Shown in pieces: positions 53,151 through 64,000 of a stretch of DNA of 64,000 nucleotides. This DNA is from Tubiluchus corallicola (Eukaryota; Animalia; Priapulida), in contig JAQGDQ010000268.1 in NCBI GenBank assembly GCA_030141605.1, forward strand, positions 247,951 through 311,950, given 5' to 3'. How positions within the stretch are numbered: position 1 is the stretch's first letter; each line of letters begins with the position of its first letter. Both the position numbers and the translations under genes were made by a program. Under the pieces are notes generated by a model, which made no database searches, was not told the origin of the DNA, and saw nothing but the letters and a program-made list of their open reading frames with translations.

Positions 53151-54413
53151 AATTTAAGGCTGTGGGTCCCTGGCGAGCTTCCTTAACGTGAAAATCTAAC
53201 ATTATTAGAACAGATAAACAAACAATCAATTAGCTATAAACTCAATATTGTTTAACATAAGAAAAACACATTTGAGAAATAATTAACAAAGACATTCTAG
53301 AAATTGCAGTTTAGCTACTGTCTTTAATTTTACCCAGGATTTTTAAATGTACCACAAAACACCATAACTGTGCTTATCGTGAGTCTCTGTGCACACATGG
53401 GCAAGCTAGCTTATCCTCATCACTGTCGCTGTCGACGGTGGTGTGAACTGGAACAGTCTGACGGCAGGCTTCCCAAACGGTAACTTCAGGGTCTGACAGG
53501 TAGATGTCATCAGGCGTGGTATTAACTCCATCAACTGAGGAATGCATAGTATCAAGTCCGGAGTATCTGAAGGCACTGACAGGAGGAATGACCACAGGTT
53601 GGTTTTCTGAGTACTACCAATAGTCCATTTAACGACTTGGTCTCCTCCACCATAAACAAAAAAGTCTCTAGGGGCTTCCTAAATGACGGACAGCCCAGGA
53701 TCGCAAAGACTGAGCATAACCATTGTAAAAGTACTCTGTTTCTGCTGAGGAAATGCCATTAATAAATGCAATATTATCCTTTAAACCAAGAACTGATAAA
53801 ACTCCCAAGTAGAGTAACCATATTGCAAAGCCACACTTTTTCACACTCTCCCACGTGACCGCGTTTTTCCAGGTAAACCTGTTTGCTTTATCTCAGGATT
53901 GGTGGTCAAAGTTGCCAAACAAGGAAGCACACCTGTCAAGTTCATGTGCCTGGTTTCTTCCTTTGATAACGAAAGTTGACAGTAGGCGGCACTACTATGT
54001 TAACATTAGAGATAATAATTACATAGATAAACCAAATAAACTTTTCACTTAGCACTACAAAATTAAACTCTTTGACGCTACTCCGCTTAACTTAGCAAAC
54101 CTAATTGTAGAAATTTAATCAGTACGATAAAATGAGAGCACTATTGTGTAGGGCTGTCACACTGGTGACTGCTGGGCAGCGTGAATGCTTGTGAAGGCAA
54201 GCTGTGATGAACGTACGCATTGAGAAATTTTGTACAGTTCACTCTGAAGTTCAGTTATTCTAGCGTTGTATTTAACTGCGTTTTTGTAAAAATTAGTCAT
54301 ATGATCAATTATGACCAAGGTTAAAGTGGTTACATTATACCAGAAAACGTGTAAATAGTATACACTAATTGTGTGTAAATGTAAATAGTTTACAGACTTT
54401 TGTTGTCTTTCAG

Positions 54414-54440
54414 ATTTACATGTAAACTTCCGAGCATACA
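54414..54440 (+). other. 27-nt microexon candidate (5' part of the POMK-like gene?)
   Basis: tttttgttgtctttcag|ATTTACATGTAAACTTCCGAGCATACA|gtaagt. Confidence 0.5.
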
Positions 54441-54699
54441 GTAAGTACCGGGTGGGTTACTTAGCTTATAGAGATCGCTCTATAAGTAAAAAAATGATTG
54501 CTTAAGCACTTGGCAGAATAACTGTTTATGTTGCACGGTAACCAGATGATGCCATTTTTCACCAAAATATGCGCGCCCAAGCGTGAAGTAATGGCGATTT
54601 TAAATTGAAATTATACGCGCTAATCACAATTTCATTGCTGAAACTTACTAACATTTTTTCAAATATTAGAATGAACTAAACTTCCCGAGAGACGTGGCT

Positions 54700-54900
54700 T
54701 TTGCTTTAACGATTTGCTAAAAACAGTTGACTCCGTCACAGGTAAAAACTATTTGCAGATGACGTTAAATTATATCAAAATTGTAACCGGAATCAAAACA
54801 CCGATATTCAGTTTGCTCTGGATGCTGTTTCAATGGCCAAATATGTGGCAATTGTCAACTGCAATACCGAAATGGAAAGATATGGAAACTGAGAATTTAC
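54700..54900 (+). mobile_element. CR1/L2-like LINE reverse-transcriptase fragment
   Basis: Frameshifted FNDLLKTV..LFADDVKLY..DIQFALDAV..W..MWQL. Confidence 0.7.
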
Positions 54901-54945
54901 ATATCTAAGTTGTCAGAAAATGAGTGGCCTGTTGTATGCAATACA

Positions 54946-55370
54946 CAGGGCCTATTTCAGCCTAGGCGAGGCCCGGGCAAGTGGGGCGCGTGTGGCCCCA
55001 TCGGGGGAGTGGGGTGTTTGGTGGGGGAGTGTATGGCGAAGCGCCGCGGGGCGGGAGCTACCATGGTTGGCGCCCAGAAAATTTTTGAAATGCTAGAACA
55101 CCGGAGAAGCATTTTCGAAGAGAAAATATGAAGTTATACAGTTGTTAAAGGAAAGAACAATTGAAAGAAAAACTGCTTTATTCCCAAGACCAGTCCTTAA
55201 TACTTGTCAATACTGGCAAACGGCGCGCGTGCGGCAAGAGAGAGAGAGAGAGGAAGAGAGGAGGCAGTATGTTCGCATAAAGCAAAAAAAAAATTACCTT
55301 GGCGTGAGGCCCCCCTGGAGGGTGAGGCCCCGGGGAAGTATCCCCACTTCCCCCCTTGAAATAGGACCTG
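54946..55370. mobile_element. GC-rich hAT-like MITE
   Basis: Inverted ends cagggcctatttca and tgaaataggacctg (13/14); internal gaggccc repeats; no clear target-site duplication. Confidence 0.7.
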
Positions 55371-57420
55371 CCTAGAAGTTAACTCTTTCACGTATAGAAA
55401 CTGAAATCTCTTACATAACAGACTACCCCTTGGCAGTGAGACTTTTCTACCAGCGTTTTGATTACTCCATATCTTTTCATTATTAAATAATCGATTTTCA
55501 GCAACACCTGATCATTTCCTGGTAATTCTTTGATTGGTTATGCAATCCACATGCTGAACTTTTGCCCAATTCTTTGAGCAGTTCAGCTACCAGAACCACC
55601 CTAAGGCAAGGTCTTCAACACGAATTCTGTCGCACTCCTGCAGGTACAACTCTTTCTCAACGTTTGTTTCTTTACTAATGAATTTTAAACGATTTTTAAA
55701 TGCTTCCGCCCCAGGCCTGACTTCAGTATTCACCGCAGAAGTTCATAAATCTAATACAACCTCAGAATACAATGCACGCCACTTATTAATATCAACTTTG
55801 GCGTGACACTAAACGGCTGGATTTATAAACGGAAGAGATCTACTAAGCGGCATTTTTTGTGTTATTACGGTGCGTATTGTCTATGACTACAGTCGCAAAG
55901 CCAAGATTCTTAACACTTGGTAAACTATTTGCGAAACGTTCTTAATTAAAATGCAATAATTTATTACGTTCATGTGTATTGTTATCTATGACACCATTAG
56001 CCTTTGTATGTGGTAAGCTGTTTGCCAAATTCAAAGAACTGCGCGGTACGTTTGTTACAGCACAATAATTACACTGTTTACGTTATTAATACATTTTAGA
56101 ACAGAATATTGCAATATATGCTGTTTTTATGAAAAAATGTTTTAATGTACTGTTTACTTAGGTAAAAATGTAATAAAAACTTGCCTTGAGCAAAGTAAAA
56201 AATCGTCATTAAAGTGAAACGTGTTTCTTTAAGCGAAAAAAGGTGTCAAATGAGCAGCGTCGTTAAAACGAAACGTCGCTAAATGGGGAGTCGTTAAGTG
56301 GGGACTTTCTGTACTGGTGATTTACGTACGAGGAAATTTTGGTGCTAGGTAATTTTGTACTGAGAAAATTTGATACAGAGAAAATATGGTGGTAACGAAG
56401 TCTTGTCAGGCATTTTTCGTACAAGGTAAAAAAGGTATGGAACAAATTTGATACTAGGAAAGTTTAGTCATCGGAACGTTTGATACTAGGAAAATTCGGG
56501 ACAGAGAAAGTTTGGTACAAGGAAAGATACATTTTATCTAACATACTCGAACAAGCCATAGAGGTGTATGTAATTGCATTTTTTGTCAGCATTCTCATGT
56601 CTGAGGCTAGCTGCTGTGAATCATTTGATTTGAAAAAGGTCCAATTTCTGATTTTGAGTCTTTATTGCAGGCGTCACATGAAACCATCAATTTGCTGTAT
56701 GTTTCATGCGTCTTCGTCGATTTTTCTTCTGTTGCTTTTGGTTCTGGTCGAATAAATACCTTCCTTTGTGAACTTTCAGACCATAATGAACCAAAGACTG
56801 CACATTTTTCTATGGAGAGCCAGTTTATATGGTTTTATGGGTGCGATGGTTGCTGGACTGTTTAAAACAGCATCGCATTTTGGTGAGTAGAAATAAGCAT
56901 AACTCGGTCCTCGCCGCCAGGAGGTTTGGTTGCTGGTTCCCTTGTCAGGTTGTTCCCTCATATTTTGGAGGCCAAGTAGTCCGGGTTCACTGCCAGGATG
57001 ATGCAAACTTTATAAAGTCAGACAGAGATTTGTAGAAGTAAACTTGCTAGTAAACTTGTCCTGTGTACTTCAGGCTGGTTGTGTCTCCGGAACAGGTGCT
57101 GTTCGTTACCTGCTGAATCGACGAGGCCATTCCATAGCGAGGGTTTTATACCTGGCATTCAACGTACGGGCGAGACCATCGCAATGTAGAGGGGTGGGGT
57201 CGAAAATAAATAGCGTTTCGCTAATGTAACACTATAGTGTTGGACTGAATTCGACTCAGGGGGTCGAAATCCAAGATAGCATGGCGGTCGTGATATTGCG
57301 CATCATGAAGATCCATTTTTTTTCGTTGTGCAATTGATTACTTAACTACAAATGTTACTTTTAATTATGGATGTTATACTAATTAATTAAGCTAATGTCT
57401 GTGAACTAATGGCATATACT

Positions 57421-57742
57421 TGTTATAGTATGTCATTTAACTCACACGAAATAAAACGCGAAAATTACACTGTAATTTATTACCAGCACTTATAACAATA
57501 GTAAAACAAAATACACACGCACAAAAAATAACCAAGTAAGTAACAGCACTATACCCGAGGAGCACCTGTGTCATAAATCAAGGCTGTACTGACCTCTACA
57601 CGCTTTTATACTGCCATTCCAGGTCAGCTGGCTTCTCACACCACGAGTAGGCCCAAACTTCTTCAAGAAAGGGGTGAGTCGCTGCTGAAGCAGGGGGTGT
57701 AGCGGGCCCGATACCTGACCCGACAAAGGTGTCTCTGTAACA
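57421..57742 (-). mobile_element. Solo LTR (322 bp)
   Basis: tgtta...taaca ends; flanks atact and atatt (4/5 match); minus-strand TATAAAA (57604-57610) followed by AATAAA (57476-57481). Confidence 0.75.
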
Positions 57743-57958
57743 ATATTATTGCTTTCATATAAACGGTAATTGATGATTAATTAATTTGTTGTAGAGTTCC
57801 CCGTGGCGTAATATTACACAGTAAATTCAACTGCATGTCTGAAAGTTTCTAAAACTAATTAAGGATGTAATTATATCAAGAATTTTGGGCTTCACGAATC
57901 CCCCCCCCTAACGAAGTCAAGATGATGATGTATATTCCTATAACTGTAGGCACTGGTT

Positions 57959-58520
57959 TGTGGTAGAAGCCTAGCTGAGTTAGAGAGAGAGTGTGTGTGT
58001 GTGTAGTTGTTGACTTGATATGATAAAGACAGAGCTATAATGGCAGAGAGAGTTTAAATTGGTTAAGTCTCATAACTCGGTATCAGCAATAATGAACGAT
58101 ATCTTGTAGTTCTCTTCTTAGGAGAGCGAAGTATAAAACACAAAGTCTAGTTTATCATACGTGATCGTATATTGAACGTAAAGTAGACCGATGAACAACC
58201 ACAGTAAGTTTAAGAGGGTAGAAAAACGCGTGGTGCAGAATCTGGAGTCTAAAAACTGACTGACTCCCAGCTGATAATGCTGGTCTTTATGTACCACAAT
58301 TCTGAGGCTAAACTTAGTTAACTTATGTCACACGTCTAAACATATCTATCTTTAGCAACACCTAGCAACGAGCCTCTGCTGACTTGTCACCATAGTAACG
58401 TCCTCTGCTGACCTGTCACTATGGAGATTGGCACTGTTTCTAAGTTACTGGTGATTAGCCTTTAGGTGCAGTAATATAAGACACATCCTAATCATGTGAC
58501 TGGCTAGAGGTTCTACCATA
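57959..58520. mobile_element. LTR-like element
   Basis: Inverted ends tgtggtagaa and ttctaccata; no target-site duplication. Confidence 0.45.
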
Positions 58521-59486
58521 CTTCCGGTGGTAAGGTCAGTGACTCCTAACTCTTAATAAGTTTTGCAATCTCTCGCCTGCAAAACGTTCACAGGAAGTTA
58601 CTCTTTACGAGGCGGTGGGTGTTCACAAGACACCCATCCAAGCAGGCAAGCAGACATCGCAGAGATATTATTTAATAGTAATTAATAACATTATATTATT
58701 ATTAATACAAGTTAATAATATTGAAATGCTTGTCCTGTTACTACAGAAAATGTGTTTGCTACGCCTCACAAATAAAAATAAAATGAACGTTATGGCAATC
58801 GGAAGATCTTTGCTTATACAAAATCTACACAACAACTTAGTTACATCATAGTAATATTCACTTTGAGTAACACCTAATCAAATTAATTGTCAAGAGATTG
58901 TAACATGGTAGCCTAGTTGTTCAAACTTCAAATTGCCCTTTCTTCTTTGATCATGAGACGGATACAAGTTATAAAAGCAATGATAATTTATGATAGTTTA
59001 TTTTTTTAAAATATATGAATATTTCACTCTATGATTGCGTAATTTGCTCAATGTTTATTATCCATTTCTCTAATCCAAACGTGGCATTCCACCTAAAAGT
59101 AATGAAAATTTTATGCCAAACTTAAAGCACAAGAAAACCCTCCACTTACATACACTTACTTTAGGAACTTAAATAATATACATACATAATAATAAATATA
59201 TATAACGAGGCAAATATTAGGACATAAGCAATTGCAGACACATAATGACAATATCTTATTAGCTCAATATAACACTTCTTGACTTCACCAAATCAGCAGA
59301 CCACTGTTCCAGATCGAACTAATCATGTGATTAGACCTAAAATCGCTTCGGGGTGACCGAATTCAAGAGAAGCAAATATTGCCAAAACTTTAGCACAATT
59401 TATTATTCACTGAATTCATCTAAAAGTGATTTTAGCTTATATTTGTTCTTTGGTTTTCAATGATCTGTCTTATTTCCGATTTTTAG

Positions 59487-62400
59487 AGCATCAGCACAGC
59501 CTTACGAATGCAACCACTTTCAAGACAGCGAAGTTGGACTGTTCCAATGCAACATGCCAGAATTCAGTTACCGAAACCTCATACATTAAACCACCACGTT
59601 CACTGGTATCGGACAGAGCAGGTAGGACAGAGCTACGTGTTTGAAAAAAGAAATCAAGACATTAGCATAATTGTATGCAATGTCAAATAATTTTTGCTAA
59701 ACGTTTAGCAAAAAAACTGAGAATGGAAAACGGTGATGTAATATTTACTGTTGTTGGCAATTTCAAATCTGCTCTATAATGAATAGGTACCAGTATAACT
59801 GCTCTAGTAAAACAATCATATAGTCAAGCACCTCGTGATCTAAGGAGAAAGGTTTAGAAGTCTTACCCTCAATGCTTACACATCAAGACTGTTCCGATAA
59901 ATAAGATGACACAAACTGTAGAATATCGTAAAAAGCGAAGGCCCTAAAACAGATCCTTGTGGCACCCTGTCAGGCAAGCGGAACGGTTTAGAAGTCTTAC
60001 CCTCAATGCTTACACACCGAGATCGTTCAGATAAATAAGATGACACAAGCTGTAGAATATCGTAAAAAGGGATGGTCCTAAAACAGATCCCCATGGCACC
60101 CCGTGAGCCAAGAAGAATGTTTTAGAAGTCTTACCCGCAATGCTTACACTACGAGACTGTTCAGATAAATAAGATGACACAAACCATAGAATATCGTAAA
60201 AAGGGATGGTCCTAGAACACATCCTTGTGGCACACTGTCAGGCAAGGAAAACGTTTAGATGTGTTACCCATAACGCTCACATACCGAGATCATGCAAATG
60301 GATAAGATGATATAACCTGTAGATGACTTCCTTGAATGCCTACTAGTCTGGTTGATTCAACTGCAGTAATAAAACATTAATAGAGGCTTTATCTAGACTG
60401 TTAACAACAAATCATTTTTGTTGTTGTGTGAAACAGCGAAAGATTAACGTAACAATACATCATGTTTTGCTGTTTTGAAAATGAAAACATGTAGTAGGCT
60501 AAAATCTGAAGATATCATTTTTATATTTTTAGGCAAGGTTCATTGTTCATGGAGTTACGTGACTAATGCAACTGAATGTTTTTTGTTGTGTCGTCCGGGA
60601 TATTTTTCATTGGCTAACATGACAAAGTGCCACAAGCTACTGAGATGCGAGGAAATTCACCAATTAATGAAAACGAAAACAAATTTCGAGACCTCAGGAG
60701 GCCGTATGAAGAATGTAAGTAAATGAAAGACTCAAGTCTATAGACTAGACAAAAAAACCTAGCAGTTCGATTCAATTCCAATTCAATTCAATTTTATTTT
60801 CTCAATAGCAGTTAAAATTCGACATAATCATTTTTACATTTCATTGCAACTAAGGAGCAGCAAAAGACCTATTGGTCACTTGATCAGCTGCCCCTTATTA
60901 AAAATACAAATTTACTTACAGGCTCATGAAATTTTTAGGTGTTTAGCTTTTAGGTATATATCTATATATATATATATACATAGCAGCCTAGTTTGTATTG
61001 CATTATTGTGCTGCACCATCTCGCAATATTTACTATATAGTGAAATGATGTTTCTATGCACTTAAATTGCCACAACGACATTTTCAAGATGGATGCCGGT
61101 CTCACTTAATTACACCATAATAGACTAACTCTTTAGTTTCAAAGTGGTTATTAGAAGTTCATTTCTCACAATTTGGCACCCGTCAACCCTGGAGCTAGCA
61201 CTCAAAAATGGTTTCACTTGTTGTAAGTCCTTGTGGTAAAAACAGAATCTCTAACTCCGCTCGAGGTCTATTTTATAAAACTAAGACACCAAATTGGCAG
61301 TGATGTTCTGATGCAAATGCAAATCTCCATAAATGAATTGACACCGAGCCGATACCAATCTTTTGGTATTCCTCGAAACCGATACCGATTATTTCATTTT
61401 CCTCGAAACTGATAGTGAACCAATATCGATTTTTTTAAAACCGATATCGATTTCCTCAAAATGGATACCGATCATTGATTGTTGTTCAGCATTATCAAGT
61501 AATTACGCAATGGGAAGCCTTCGCAGTATGAGTTGAAATGTCCATACACGACGTCAGTGTTGTTCCAAATCCGAAAATATTATCTGAAACGATAACGAAC
61601 CAATAGCTATTTTTTTATTTTCCTCGAAATCAATACTGAACCGGTTATACATTTTCGCGAAAATTGGCAACTGATCTATCGGAATAACACTGGGAGGCAG
61701 TAGCAGATGAGGTTGCTCAGAAGTAGTTTTCTTGATAGTTACTCATTTACTTACCAACCAGATTTAGTTTTGTTTAACTTTGGTCGTTAGAGCACATACA
61801 CGGCGACTACAAGGCTACTTAACTAAGAGTGAAGAAAGTCTTGCAGGGTGTTGTTATATCTGGACTGAATTGTAGGTAGAGTCGCTTCCTTGGACATAAA
61901 CAGGAAAGTCCAATTGATTATTTCTATACTGATTGCAATTTAGCAACCAATTAATCGACCTATTCGTGTCTGATTAATAAATGTTTAGTGAGAATTTGAT
62001 TTTATCTTTTGCATTCATGATGCAGTATCGATAAACTTTTAAAATTTGCTAATAATTTTGATTTGTTTTACTTGTTTATTTATTCTGGAGTGTAGTCAGG
62101 CAAGGCTTTGTTTAGGTACTTGCTAAAGTGATTTGTCTGCACTAAGAAAGATTCCATTCAAATTGATTTGTTGGTACATTTTTAGGTTGAAAAGCGTTTC
62201 TTACTTTGCGTCAAACACGGAAATTTATTTCCACTTTTTTATTGCAGTTTTACAAAGTCAAGTGGAACAACTATACTATTGTGGTTGCAACCATGAGGAA
62301 TAAAAGTATCTCCTGGGCTCAAAAGAGTAAAGTTAACCACTTCTGGGATGATATTTTGCATAATTACAAACTATTCCCACCAAACACACGTCTCGTACAG

Positions 62401-63057
62401 CTAGTAGGTTTCTGCAACAAAACGAGAAATCTAGTCTTGCCATACTTTCCATTCCTAGACACTAGGAACGTCGAAGTTGTGTTCAATAAACTGGGACTAG
62501 AAGAAAAAGAAGAAGCAAAGATACGTCTGCGCATGTGCATTGACTACTTTATGACACAGATGTACCTGTACAGCTTTGGTTATTTTACACCTGATACAAA
62601 CACGATGAAAAAACTGGCTTCACAGTACTTGATCACTGATGACCTTAGAATCATTTTGGCTGACCTCGACCACACCTACAAGCTAGTATTGGATCCATGG
62701 CCGGGATGGGTTCATAAATCATTACAGACAAATGAAAAATTTTTGGCCCCAGAGTTCGACAAATACAAGGACTTGTACTGTGGCCGTAAAGATGATATCA
62801 AGTGCATTGATTCCATATCTCGACACCAGATACAGCAAGATATTTGGAAAGTTCCTTCAGTTCTGAATCATTTCCTTGGGAATCTGAAGTGCACAGGTTT
62901 GATACAAGAGAGACTGAAATTGCTAAAAGAGAAGTGTCAGCTGGATGCAGAGAGGACGCCAAACATGAAAGAAGTGTTGTCAACTTTGCTGTACACATTT
63001 AAAGATTTTTTTGGTGTAAAAGCTTATAATGAATCCATGAATCGTTTTGGGGACTAA
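59487..63057 (+). CDS. Divergent protein O-mannose kinase (POMK/SGK196)-like secretory-pathway kinase; exons 59487-59621, 60533-60714, 62248-63057; N-terminus unresolved
   Basis: [29 protein letters not shown]|[54 protein letters not shown] and DIWKVP align by eye with POMK CP.[74 protein letters not shown], FVAPE and DIWKIP. Introns are GT-AG with consistent phases. Confidence 0.85.
59826..60330 (-). repeat. Tandem array (about 134 bp, about 4 copies) of a CR1/L2-like RT fragment
   Basis: The marker tttaga(a)g recurs at 59853, 59987, 60121 and 60254; each unit encodes SSYLS.RS..VSI.GKTS....[12 protein letters not shown]. Confidence 0.85.
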
Positions 63058-63321
63058 TTAATTATTCGTTAATTAATTAATTAATTAATAATTAGTTTTT
63101 AATTATTATTACTACTAATTAATGCCAAGCTGCTACATTTTAGTGATTCAATAATTCGTTCCTTACATAGATAAACTTTTTGCAGCTTGTTGTGAAACAA
63201 TCTAATGTGCGCTACAACTACACAAAACTTACCATAAAAGAGGATGGCAAATGACGCCTTTATGTGGTACATCATGGATTTACCTAAGAAAACTCAAATA
63301 AGTCCTATCTCTCAGGACGGT

Positions 63322-63603
63322 CAAGCCAACAACAAGATCAAATTTCAAGATTTCAAGACTCGGCTAGTAACTCCTCACAATATTATGCTTCAAACTGGGC
63401 ATGCCAAGCCAACAACAAAGATCAAATTTCAAGATTTCAAGACTCACCAAGTATCTTCTCACAGTATTATGCTTGAAACTGGGCATGCCAAGTTGGCAAC
63501 AAAGATCAAATTTCAAGATTTCAAGACTCACCTAGTATCTTCTGACAGTATTATGCTCCAAACTGGGCAAGCCAAGCCAACAACAAAGATCAAATTTCAA
63601 GAT
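63322..63603 (+). repeat. 84-bp tandem repeat, about 3.3 copies
   Basis: gatcaaatttcaagatt at 63336, 63420, 63504 and 63588. Confidence 0.9.
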
Positions 63604-64000
63604 TGGAGGTTCCATTTCGCACGATTTTCGCTTGGAAAACTGCTGACGCAAAGCCATTGTTCTGACGTCATCCATTACACTCTGCTTATAACCTTATAAC
63701 TTTAATTCAGTAAAAGTTACTGGCTTTGCGTTATAAATGAGTACTATGTAGGATGTTCGCGTATTTTTTATTATAAGTGTATTTATGTGCAAATCTTTTG
63801 CGGGGCCTTTGCTAGTCTTTTCATTATTAAATCATCGGTTTTCAACAACACGTGATCAAGTTTCGGTAACTCTTTGATAATCAAAGATCAAAGTTTGATT
63901 GATTTCGCAATTTTATGAGGTGTTCAGAAAGAATCACCCTAAAGCAAGGTCATCAACATGAATTCTGTCTGTCGTCTTATCGCAGCTACAACTTAATGCT

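Overview
AT-rich, intron-rich animal (probably invertebrate) genomic DNA, so the prokaryote-style ORF track is mostly noise. I rebuilt the gene models by hand from GT-AG splice sites. (1) The last four coding exons of RBM39 (+, 1009-3713). (2) A complete CD109-like thioester-containing protein (TEP) gene (-, 44896->8414) with 33 coding exons per isoform and about 1448 or 1456 aa: signal peptide, GCGEQ thioester, catalytic His and a GPI-like tail. (3) A divergent POMK/SGK196-like kinase gene (+, core exons 59487-63057) whose 5' region is filled with transposon debris, including a deleted Gmr1-type (IN before RT) Ty3/gypsy element, solo LTRs, LINE fragments and MITEs. The main finding is a splicing-diversified bait region in the TEP. 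Two paralogous, mutually exclusive exons (26140-26305 and 25902-26091) each end in RVRxxFPETWxWxNASTT and are separated by only 48 nt. They are preceded by a candidate 9-nt microexon that would create an RLRR furin site. All coordinates come from reading the sequence; no database searches were run.
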